Source of the DNA: Somniosus microcephalus
Lineage: Eukaryota
Length of the DNA: 64,000 nt
Assembly (NCBI GenBank): GCA_052327205.1
Contig: CM126203.1
Span: 36,766,001-36,830,000 of the forward strand
Reading direction: 5' to 3'
Part shown: one piece after another, positions 26,169 to 37,068 of the stretch
Layout: every line of letters begins with the position of its first letter
Numbering within the stretch: position 1 is the first letter of the stretch
Position numbers and translations under genes: made by a program
Notes under the pieces: model-generated
What the model was told of the DNA's origin: nothing
Database searches by the model: none
What the model saw: the letters and a program-made list of their open reading frames with translations, nothing else

Positions 26169-26623
26169 AAAGAAAGAAAGACTTGCATTTATATAGTGCC
26201 TTTCCACAACCACCAGACATCCCAAAGCGCCTTCCAGCTAATGAAGTACTTTTTGAAGTGTAGTCACTGTTGTAATGTAGGAAACGCGGTAGGCAACTTG
26301 CGCAAAGCAAGCTCCCACAAACAGCAATGTGATAATGGCCAGATCATCTGTTTTAGTATGTTTGTTAAGGGACACCGGGGATAACTCCCCTGCTCTTCTT
26401 CAAAATAGTGCCATGGGATCCTTTACATCCAGCTGAGAGAGCAGACAGGGCCTCGGTTTAACATCGCATCTGAAAGATGGCACCTCCGACAGTGCAGCAC
26501 TCCCTCAGCACTGCACTGGAGTGTCAGCCTAGCTTTTTGTACTCAAGTCTCTGGAATGGCACTTGAACCCACAAACTTCTGACTCAGAGGCAAGGGTGCT
26601 ACCCACTGAGTCATGGCTGACAC
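26169..26623 (-). mobile_element. Full-length tRNA-derived Deu-domain SINE (SacSINE1-like)
   Basis: Minus-strand A box TGACTCAGTGG and B box GGTTCAAGTGCC. L2-type tail ...GCACTATATAAATGCAAGT(CTTT)n. TSD TATAG at 26164-26168 and 26624-26628. Confidence 0.85.
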
Positions 26624-26798
26624 TATAGGCATAGAGCACAAATCACAGGAGGCGATAATGAGTCTGTACAAGGAACTGGCATGGCCATAACTGGAGTACA
26701 GTGTTCAGTTCTACTACAGCAAGGATGTCCAGGCACTGGAGGCATTGCTGAAAAGGGCAGCGAAACTGATGCCCAGCTTAACATATTGGAGCTTTAAG

Positions 26799-26902
26799 GA
26801 GAGAAAGAAAGAATTGCATTTATACAGTGCTGTTCACAAGCTCAGGATGGCTCAAAAGCGCTTTACAACCAATGAAGTACTTTTGAAGTGTAGTCACTGT
26901 TG
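26799..26902 (-). mobile_element. SacSINE1-like 3' fragment
   Basis: Matches 26169-26272. Confidence 0.7.
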
Positions 26903-27064
26903 GAGGTTGAAGAGCCTAGAATGTTTACTCTGGAACAATGAAGTCTCATGGGAGATATTATTGAAGTATTCAAGACTTTTAAAAGAATAGATAAATTTGA
27001 ATCCTGATCTTTTGGAGATTGACACAAAATTTAGAATCACAGGTACCATAATGTAGTGGTCATA

Positions 27065-27210
27065 GTACGGTAAAGTAGTGGTTATGGGACTGGACTAGCA
27101 GCCCAGAGGTCATAGTTCAAATTCTCATTATAGGAAGTTGTGAAATTGAGCTCAATAAATTTGGTCACTTGTGGACTAGCTGAAAGCTGACAGATTGTCG
27201 TAAAATCCAG
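27065..27210 (+). mobile_element. Decayed tRNA-like SINE head related to 61255-61440
   Basis: Shares TAGTGGT..T...ACTGG.CTAG, GTTCAAAT and GATTGTCGTAAAA with the head at 61255. Confidence 0.5.
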
Positions 27211-28532
27211 TGTGGGGTGTGTGTGAGCTGAAAACAAGAAATTGGTTGTCCCAGGGAGTTTAAAAAATTCCCTGGAGTGGTGGAAGTTTAAAGGTTAAAA
27301 GACATTTAGTACGATAATACCAATGGTCAGCTCCAATAAAATGTAACATCCTGTGCATTGTTAAGCTTCAGAGTACAACATCAATAGCCAGTAAACAGAA
27401 GATACACACTGGGTGGTTTACGGGAAATAAGCCACAAAGTGATGCAAACCGCATAACTTATATGTATTGAAGTAATTATACTTCAAACACTCTAAAGATA
27501 CAGAATACAAGAAAAACATTGAAATCACAGCTAGTGACATGGATGATTATCTTGCACTTGAAAAAGTATCCAAAGCTCCGGGACTGCTGGAGGAAGTGCT
27601 CCATATGGTGACCTTTGAGAAGGTCATTACCAAGGTCTAGAATCAATACGATAAATACAACAAGCTGTGTGATTCAATTTTGTAAGATCTTATATGGACC
27701 CGGTATCACAATACCAACAAAGGAAAACAAATTTTCATAGACAATTAAGTACTGTCAACTGAGAAGGGGGCTACAGTCCATTCATCTAAATTCCCTGTGA
27801 AGCAATCTTAAGATTGCCGCCACTTGTGAAGTTGATTTCTTTCTGGCTTTTCCTTAAGATGCAAATTAGTGTTTTCGAAGAAGAGCAGGCTTGGAGTTTT
27901 TGACCTCTGACTATAAGGGTCATGTGTCACTATTTGAATGCTGCCTGAATGTCTTGAATTGTATCCTGTTATCATGCATATACTGATTAGTATTTCCTGG
28001 AATGCAACTGCAAATTATCACACAATAACCTGGAAGTGATTATGTTACAATTATTAATCCTCTAGTGAGGATGTCAAAAGACAACAGCTGCAAGGAGCAA
28101 CCTGGCAGTCACTGTCCGCCATAACAGCCACCACTGGCAAAGAAAATCAAGCAAGCCTTATTTTTTTAATTGATGGTTATGATCTCATAGTTAATGATAT
28201 CATTAGGCCTATTGGAATACTGCGAAAACTTTGGTAGACTTATCAAATGGTGCAGGTTTTCTTCTTTACTGGAGGTTACATAGATAAAGAGCTTAAAGAG
28301 CTCTTTGCCAAACAGTATCCCCAGTCAGGATTGCATTATTCTGCATTCTGAATTTCTTGATGAGATTATCACCTGATAATCACTCCTGGGTATCTCCATT
28401 TACAAGAGATCTAATGGACTAAACCTGATAATTTTGTTGTATCCATCATGTACTATTGACAGTAAAGCAATTCAAAGTCAAACCCTCTGGAGAATCCTTA
28501 GGGTACAAGGAACAAATATGTATACACTGTTA

Positions 28533-28888
28533 TAATAATAATAATTCAACTTTATTGTCATTGCACAAGTACATGAACAACGAAATGTGATCTTGCAAGC
28601 TCCCATGACTGGGAGAAGCAAAGCCGCTGCGTCGGTGCGCGCCGCCATTCCATTTCCACCATTCCTCCTGTCCGACAATCTTCAGCCCACCGCCCGGGCC
28701 TGCTTACCAGCCGCTCCTCCTTCCGTGACCTTCTCACCAACCGCCCCTCCTCGGGGCTCCTTCCGTGACCTTCTGCACCTGGTCTTCCCTGATGGTCACC
28801 CACTCCAGGTACTAACCAGGCCTGGCTCTGCTTAACTTCCAAGCCTTGCCAGTGACCCTGTCCCTAGTCCCAGGAACACATGGAGCCA
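28533..28888 (-). mobile_element. 5S rRNA-derived SINE (SINE3-like) with Rex1/Babar-type tail
   Basis: 28843-28769 on the minus strand aligns to the 3' 75 nt of vertebrate 5S rRNA (about 80% by hand, against a recalled sequence), covering box A, IE and box C. The tail is CAATGACAATAAAGTTGAA(TTA)n. The 5' boundary is uncertain. Confidence 0.7.
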
Positions 28889-30319
28889 ATACACAGCATA
28901 ACACCCGAGGTAAAGCTGGGATTGTCAGATGAACATCTAGGATATGACTTCCCCACTGAAATACCACAAAGGGAAGCTCTAGAGATTATTGTATATCTGC
29001 TGATTCTGGTTTCCCCAGCCTTATGGTGCAAAAGTTCAGCAAAAAGTGGCAGCTACTCCGAAAACTGCAGTTCAAATAATAGGGAAATAATTTCAGAACC
29101 TCAATTCTGGTGCTACATTGTGTATTTATATATAAACATGGTCTCCATCTTATTCCTGTCCAGATAGAAATTATTTTAGGACATTTTGATTCATTGCCTC
29201 CAGTCTTCCTCAGCCTTGCTTGATCCTGTCCCCAATTTAAGATCCTGTCACTCTGCAGATAGATGTGAATGTAACAAAGCAGATGTAAATATGCATTGGC
29301 AGAATCTTAAACTGGGAATTGAATTAAACAGTAGGGCCAGAAACATAAGAAAGCTCATGAAGACTCAAGGCAACGTCTCAAAATAACATGGAATAATTTC
29401 CAGTCAGAACTGAAGACAGGAAAAAAACAGAGACCTAGGGGCCGATTTTCCCGCAGGTGCGGGGAATGGTCGAGTTCCCCGAATGTCGGGGTTCCGACAC
29501 GAATCTAAATAGGTCTGCCAGCTGGATGCAATTTTCCCACAATTGGCCAATTAATTTCCAGCGTGTGGGCACCCTTGCTAATTGACTATTTCCAGTCAGA
29601 AAGCCCCACAGAATTGTAGTGTATGTACCTTTAAGAGAGAACAACTTTTACAGCTCCTGTATACTGTAGTACCGGCAGTGACCACACCTGTATATAAGCC
29701 TTGAGCAGGCATCTGTACTGTTAGTCTTTAGACTACCCTCCTCCAGTAAACACCTGTTGATTGTTAATCTGCAGCCTCCGTCTAGTTATTGAAGAACACC
29801 ATACCTTAAGCTTTACGGAGTCAACAGTGGCGACGAGGTCGATTCGAATCTACCTGCAACTCTGCATTTCCTTCCAAGGATTCGCTCCGGGAGGATGGTG
29901 GAAGAAAGTCGAGGCCAGAAGCACGGGCGTCGACCACGAGCAACCGCCCAGTCATCCGGCAGAGAGTGAACATCGCAGGGGAGGCTGTTGAGAGCTGGGC
30001 TTGGTTCTCCAGCCACGACGATCCAGCAACAGACTGGCAACAGGTACAGCGCAGACCCTTCCTGGACAGCGGCGGCTGGAGCCAACCGACGGCACAGAAA
30101 AGGCCAAGCAGCGTCGACGGGGTAAGAGAGAGGGTAAAGCGCACAGGGCGCAGCCGGGGGTTGAAGACCGAGCGGCGTCAACGGAAAACAAAAAGAGAGA
30201 GAGGGTAAAGCACAGCCGGGGTTCAGGACCGAGCGGCGGCAACGAGAGAGGCGTACAGGAGAACGTGCAGAGCACAGCCAGGGCTCAAGGGCTGAGCAGC
30301 GTCCGCGGGGGAAAGAAAG

Positions 30320-30488
30320 GGAGCGCGGGAGACGCCATTGAACCGCGGAGAAGAAGGGAGAGCGCGGGAGACGCCATTTTTGAAGCCGCAGCGGAGAAGA
30401 AGGGCGAGCGCGGGAAGAAAGGAAAGCGCGGGAGACGCCATTTTGAGCCAGCGGAGAAGAAGGGAGAGCGTGGGAGACGCCATTTTAG
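30320..30488 (+). repeat. Four imperfect tandem copies of GCGYGGGAGACGCCATT in the Gypsy 5' UTR
   Basis: The unit recurs four times, separated by purine-rich (GAGAAGAAGGG-type) linkers. Confidence 0.85.
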
Positions 30489-30509
30489 AAAGTCTAACCA
30501 CACCCAGGG

Positions 30510-33500
30510 ATGCCAAAGAGTGGCAGTGTCACTGCGTTCGACAATGAAGTCGAAGAGTGGGCGACATATGTGGAACGCATTGAGGTGTACTGCAAGGCGA
30601 ATGAAGTGCCAGATGCCAGGAAAGCACTGGTTTTGTTGAATTCCATGGGTGCAAAAACGTATGGCTTACTGCAAAACCTAATAACCCCAGAGAAGCCAGT
30701 GGATAAGGAATTCGAATGCATAGTGGAAATCCTACAGGACCACTTAAACCCCACACCGCTGCTGATAGCAGAAAGATTTAAGTTCCACAAAAGGAACCAG
30801 CATAAAGATGAAAGTAATGCTGAGTAATTAACGGAACTGCGCAAGCTATCGAAATACTGCCAGTTTGGAATGGGACTAGCAGATACGTTAAGGGACAAGT
30901 TTGTGTGTGGGCTTCAAAATGAAGGAACCCAGAAACGGCTTCTATCAGAAAAGGATCTTACGCTGGACAAGGCTTTCAGCATGGCAGTATCACACGAAGC
31001 AGCCGCACGGGGCGCTGCAGAGATACAACGGAGACCGCAAGAATATGGCACCAATGAAATGTCATATGGAGCAGGGAAGTGTTATCGCTGCGGCAGAACA
31101 ACACACGACCAGAAGGATTGTTGGTTCAAGGACCAAGTGTGCAGACAGTGTGGAAAAGCAGGACACATAGCAAGAGTCTGCAGGTCAGGGAAGAAAACCA
31201 GCAGCAAGAAATCTCCACAGGAGAAGTACAAAAAGGTACATAAGGTGATGGACAGTAGATCAGATGAACAGAAAAGTGATACAGACTCCGGAAGCAAGGA
31301 GCTGGGTTGTCTGAAACTACATAAGGTAATCAAAATGGAGGATCACCAGACTATCTGGGTCATGCTCAAGATAGACGGAGTCCAAGTGAAAATGGAATTG
31401 GACACAGGATCAGCCCTAACAGTCATAAACCGAAGGGACTACAAGCGGCTATTCTCACATATACCCTTGAAAGCTACAGAGATTGTCTTGAAGACGTACA
31501 CGGGGCAAAAATCTACCCCAAAGGAAAAATAAGGGTGAACGTGATATACAAAGGCCAGGAAATAACAAAAATGGACCTATATGTATTGCCAGATGGAGGA
31601 CCACCACTACTAGGATGTGAATGGATCCAGAAGATACAATTAGATTGGCATTCCATACAGGCACTGAAGGTTGAGGCCAAAAAGGATGACGATGTCACAC
31701 CTGGACGACTGTCAAAAATGCTAACTGACGCACAAGAAGTGTTCCAGGAGGGACTTGGAACACTAAAAGGCATAACAGCGACGATTGAAATAGAGGAAAA
31801 TGCAAGCCCAAAGTTTTTTAAGGCCAGACCGGTGCCTTATGCGATCCGACCAGCTGTCGAAGCAGAGCTGGAAGGTTTGGAACGTTCAGGAGTACTGTCC
31901 AAAGTGGACTGGAGCGAGTGGGCTACACCCATCGTTCCTGTAATGAAGGGGTCATTGAGTAATACGCCTGGGGAACCAAAGAAGGTCCGCATCTGTGGGG
32001 ATTTTAAGGTGACATTGAACCCAGTCCTTCACACGGTACAATATCCGCTTCCACGGATTGAAGATATTTTCGCCTCGCTATCTGGAGGTAAACGCTTCAC
32101 TAAGATTGATCTGGCCCAGGCGTACCTGCAAATGGAGGTAGAAGTAGCCTCGAAACATTACCTCATGATCAACACTCATAAAGGTCTCTAGCAATACAAC
32201 CGGCTGGTGTTTAGGGTAGCATCGGTTCCGGCTATTTGGCAAAGGGCAATGGATCAAGTCCTGCAAGGGATTTCAGGGACCCAGTGTTATTTGGACGACA
32301 TCCTGGTCATGGGCGAAAATGACAGTGATCAACTCGCCAACCTGGAGAAGGTGCTCACTAGATTAAAGGAATATGGGCTGTGAGCTAATCGCCACAAGTG
32401 CGAGTTTTTCCAGAAGCAGATCTCGTATTGTGGCCACGTTATTGATGAAGAGGAGTTACATAAGTCCCCTGAAAAGATTGAGGCAGTAGTCAAGGCTCCA
32501 GCACTGGAAAATGTGTCACAACTGAGGTCGTTCCTTGGGCTGGTGAACTACTACCATAAGTTCTTACCAAATTTGTCTACAGTATTACACGCACTGAACA
32601 CCCTACTGCAAACGGGTGTAGCATGGAAGTGAAATGACGAATGTAAACGAGCTTTCCAGAAGTGCAAAGAATTGATCACATCAAAAGAGGTGTTGGCCCA
32701 TTTCAACCCAGCACTACCAATTCGGTTGGCGTGTGATGCATCACCCTATGGTATTGGAGCGGTGCTGTCGCACAAATTCCCAGAGGGGTTGGAGAGGCCA
32801 GTAGCCTTTGCGCTCGGTCACTAACCTCAGCCGAGCGCAACTATGCCCAGATTGACAGGGAGGCCCTCAGCCAATATGGGGAGTAAAAAAATTCAACCAC
32901 TATCTGCATGGGCAGAAGTTCACCTTGCTGACTGACCACCAACCACTTGTCTCCATCTTTAATCCAAAGAAGGGCGTTCCGGTGATGACTGCACAACGGC
33001 TACAAAGATGGTCCCTTTTTCTAGGGGCGAACCAATATGAAATAGAGTATAAGGGCACGAAACAGCATGGAAACGCTGATGGGCTATCACGCCTGCCACT
33101 GCCTACTGTGGAGGAAGCACCAGCAGTGGACCCTATCGAAATATTTTATTCATCGATAATTGAACGCTTGCCAGTAACTAACGCGGATATAGAGAAGGAG
33201 ACCCGAAATGATCCGACACTGCCTCGGGTATATGATTTGACGGTGAAGGGATGGCCAACACATGGCGACTCACTGTTGCCAGCATTCTCATCCAGAAGAG
33301 AACAGCTGTCAGTATGCCAGGGGACAGTGAGGTGTGGATCCCGAGTGGTAATTCCACCCAAGTTAAGGGAGAGAGTGCTCAATTAGCTTCACGAAGGCCA
33401 TCTGGGAGGGGTGAAAATGAAAAGCCTTGCTAGGGCTTATGTGTGGTGGCCGGGGATTGATCAACAAATCGAGGACCTAACAAAGAGCTGCTCAGGATGC

Positions 33501-34455
33501 CAGAAGGTCCAAAATGCACCACCACATGCCCCCCTGACACCCATGGGAGTGGCCCTCCTCTCCATGGCAACGGGTGCATATTGATTTTGCTGGTCCATTC
33601 ATGGACTCAATGTTCTTAATAGCAGTGGATGCGCACTCGAAATGGCCTGAGGTGATCAAAATGTCCTCCATCACTACAGAGAAAACGATTGCAGTCCTAC
33701 GGACCATATTTGCCAGGAACAGCTTGCCGGAGCAGATTTGCTCTGATAACGGACCACAGTTTGTGTCCGAAGAGTTTCGGAAATTTATGAGAAGGAATGG
33801 GGTAAGGCATTACACATCCACCCCGTATCATCCAGCCACAAATGGGTTGGCTGAGAGGTTCGTACAAACCTTTAAAAAGGCAATAAGGGCCATGTGCGAT
33901 GATGACATTCCACTACAGCATAAGGTGGACAATTTCCTGTTAGCCTACAGGAATGTGACATATGCAGTTACCAACCAGACCCCGGCCATGGTGTTCTTTA
34001 ACCGAAGGTTGAGATCTCGTCTGGATTTGCTCGGACCAAATGTGCGAAGAAATGTTGAGGATAAGCAATTCCAGCACATCAATGAGAAGCCGACAAGGAG
34101 CTTCAATGTAGGACAACCAGTCTTGGCCCGCGACTACCGAACAGAGAAATGGCAACCCAGAACGATATGCACACGGCAGGGGCCACTAATGTACACAGTG
34201 GATGTCGGGGAGAACATTGTGAGATGCCACGTCGACCAGATCCTAGCGTCACAGGAACGAGTCAACCCCATGTCTCGCGTACCTGGGGATGAACCCGACA
34301 TACCGGTAGCATCTACCCCAGAAACAGTAGCAGCGGAAACTGATGAACTAACCGACAAAAGGGGGCCAGAATCGCCTCCGCACCAAGAACAAGACACTCA
34401 GGAAAGGCGCTATCCAGAAAGGATCAGGAAGCCGCCCCAAAGACTGAATCTATAA
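30510..34455 (+). pseudogene. Mag-type gag-pol (two CCHC knuckles, PR, RT, RNase H, IN), multiply disrupted
   Basis: Knuckles CYRCGRTTHDQKDC and CRQCGKAGHIARVC. Protease LDTGS. RT RICGDFK and YLDD (about 32288). RNase H CDAS. Integrase HIDFAGP, SDNGPQF and ERFVQT. Stops include 30825, 32189, 32381 and 33384, plus frameshifts. Confidence 0.92.
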
Positions 34456-34836
34456 ATTGACTATTTCAGTTAAATGTGCATGTTAAAGTGTTAACTGTTA
34501 TTTGAATGTTATGGGTACTGTTAATCTAAAAGGGGAGGAATTGTAATGTATGTACCTTTAAGAGAGAACTACTTTTACAGCTCCTGTATACTGTAGTACC
34601 AGCAGTGACCACACCTGTATATAAGCCTTGAGCAGGCATCTGTACTGTTAGTCTTTAGACTACCCTCCTCCAGTAAACACCTGTTGATTGTTAATCTGCA
34701 GCCTCCGTCTAGTTATTGAAGAACACCATACCTTAAGATTTACGGATTCAACAAGTATGATGTCATCATTCGTGGTGCTTTTAAAGTCTATAGCAAGCTT
34801 TTCAACCTCTGCAGGCTTCTCAACGAGCCGTCCAGT

Positions 34837-36815
34837 ATGGCAGAGATGCCTGCAGCAGCTGCTGCCAGTGGCAGAACCCGAGCTGCCGCCAAATTTGACG
34901 AAACGTCACTGCAGACATTAGTGGATGGGGTTAGGGCCCACAGGGAGGTCCTCTTCCCTAGGTCAGGGAGGAACAGTCCTCCCAATGAGACCAAGGCTGC
35001 GTGAATGGAGATGGCAGCAGAGGTGAACTCTCAGGCAGTCACCAGAAGAACATGGCTGCAGTGCAGGAAGCGATTCCATGGCCTCCACCGTACAGGAAAA
35101 GTAAGTATGAAGTTTCCATCACCCTCAACCTGATCCCCATTGCCTTTCCCCAGCAACACTCAGCTTCAGCAATCTCTTCCTCCACATCCCACTTCACAGT
35201 CACATCCATGCACCCTTACCCATTCCGTATCTCTCTATGCTCACATTCACATAACTATTCCACCATGCAGCCCTCACACTGTCTCTCACTCTGATGCTTG
35301 GAACACAACTGACAACACACAGGGAGGGCCCTTGGTCTTGCAGCCTTACACCATCTTTGTCTCCCTCTAAGTATCTATGCTATGCAATCTTTACACTCAC
35401 TCCTGCCCTCTCACTCAAACTCCACTTGTCTCCCTCATTGCAGGAAAAGAGAGCTCACAATAGGAGAGAGCGAGCCAGGACTGGAGGAGGCCCACCCTCA
35501 ATAGCCCACCTGACCCCCGGGAGGAAGGAGTGCTGGAGCTTGTCGGGGCTGACGTGGCTGTGGAAGCTGGGGAAGGAGAGACAGGAGCAAGCCCGCAAGC
35601 TGGTGACAGAATAGTTTTCCATCTCTCTCATTGACATAGCATGAGTCACTGTTATGATTCTGAAGCTACATCATTTGGACTTATGAGTATCTGCAAAATC
35701 CAATGTGGATGTAGCCTTGGCATCACATCTCTAACTCTTTCCTTTACTCCCCCACAGGACCATCCAGAGCCCCCATCCCCACTGTCGAGGAGGAAGAGGC
35801 TGTGCAGCCAGACTCCTCAGAGTAAGTGCACCCAGCACCAGCGCAGACACCCACACCTCGGGGGGACCTTCGGGACATAGAGTAGTGTTATCATCTGGTG
35901 TTTCACAGCTCACAAGTGAGCATCAGCAGATTGTGGAGACAGGGACAGCAGTGGAGAGTCCTCGTCGGAGGGCGCAGGCCGCTGCCAGCTCAGCTCAGCT
36001 GCATGTCGACCCTATGCCTCTGGGTCCATCCACAAGAGAAGAGGTAATGGAGTCTCTGGCAGGTTTTGTCTCCAGGGTCACTGCGAGTGTGGAGCGAATG
36101 GAAGAGTCCATAGCGAACATGAGCAGAGCCTTAGTGGAGTCACTGGCGCATGAACGCATCACCACGGAAAGGATGGCTACCTCCGTGGTAAGGCTGGCTA
36201 CCTCCGTGGTAAGGCTGGCTACCGCCGAGGAGAGGTGGGCTGTGGCCGAGGAGAGGAGTGCTACGGCTGAGGAGAGGAGGGCTACGGCCATGGAGGAGCT
36301 TAGTCGCTAGGGTATGGAAAACATGGTGAGTGCTCAGAATATAATGACATCTCTTGAGGAGCGATGGGCATCTATTGAGCACCGAAACCAGACCTTCATG
36401 GAAGTCCATCTGAGCAGGACTTCCAGTGCAGATACGGGTCCCCATGGCCCCCCTGATGTGCATCAAGGTGCTCTCCAGCCACTTGCAGGCGCTGAGGGGG
36501 AGCTGACCCATGAGAGGGAGGTTTCTGGCAGACCTCAAGGAAGTGGGGGCTCCTCTCCACGCGCTCACACTTCCATGCCACTTCAGAGCCCTCGGTCAGA
36601 GCCCCGCCGGAGTCCACACCCAAGTGAGATAGGCGTCTCAACCCTTGCACAGCCGCAGGAGCAGCAGACTGCTGGCGAGCCCTCACAGGCTCGCCACCCC
36701 AAAGGTGTCGAGACAGGAGCAGCAGGAAAGTGAGCAAGGGGCCTCCACATCTGCTGAAGCCACAGGGGTACCACTACGTAGGAGCACGCATAAGGGAAAA
36801 ATAAAGCACCACTAA
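34837..36815 (+). pseudogene. Harbinger Myb/SANT-like protein gene, 3 exons (34837-35100; 35444-35602; 35758-36815)
   Basis: Reads KFDETSLQTLVDGV...A*MEMA...TWLQCRKRFHGL|EKRAHNRRERARTGGG. GTAAGT donor at 35101, CAG acceptors at 35441-35443 and 35755-35757. W-to-stop at 35002. Exon 2 is 1 nt shorter than the 160-nt exon of element #1 (frameshift). Confidence 0.85.
36170..36295 (+). repeat. 6 x 21-bp coding tandem repeat (heptads)
   Basis: AGG.TGGCTAC... units encode RMATSVV RLATSVV RLATAEE RWAVAEE RSATAEE RRATAME. Confidence 0.9.
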
Positions 36816-37068
36816 TCACAAGGGTAGTCACTTGGGTGAAAAGTTTTGTATATAGTTTTAATGCCATCTGTATCTTGTACATAAAAAATCTGATGGCATC
36901 TGCCGCAGTTGTGGCGTCTGTCATTTGGCGAATGGGGATTTCACATTGAGGCCGTAGGATTACTTGCAGTTGTCAGCAAGCTGGTCAAATAGGTAGAAAT
37001 GCGCAGGGATGGGCCATTGTCCATGGTCAGGTAAGAAGCAGCGAGGCTACAGTGTTTGATGTACTAGG

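Larger units (their letters stand above)
25270..27040 (+). mobile_element. Old, decayed CR1 LINE RT fragments
   Basis: Remnants SCLSNL.DF.EEV, YLDFN, VPQESVLG, KFADA, WQMTFNVNKC and LEYSVQF, interrupted by SINEs. Confidence 0.7.
29615..34753 (+). mobile_element. Full-length Ty3/Gypsy LTR retrotransposon, Mag clade
   Basis: 212-bp LTRs at 29615-29826 and 34542-34753 (5 differences). 5-bp TSD AGAAT/AGTAT. PBS TGGCGACGAGG (29828-29838, tRNA-Ser-like). PPT AAAAGGGGAGGAA (34528-34540). Confidence 0.93.

Noticed and set aside
28769-28843. Functional 5S rRNA gene
   Set aside because: Only the 3' ~75 nt match, at about 80%. There is no T-run terminator and it is embedded in a retroposon-like unit.
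30001-30639. 212-aa Arg/Gly-rich ORF
   Set aside because: It translates the repetitive purine-rich Gypsy 5' UTR and has no domain signature.
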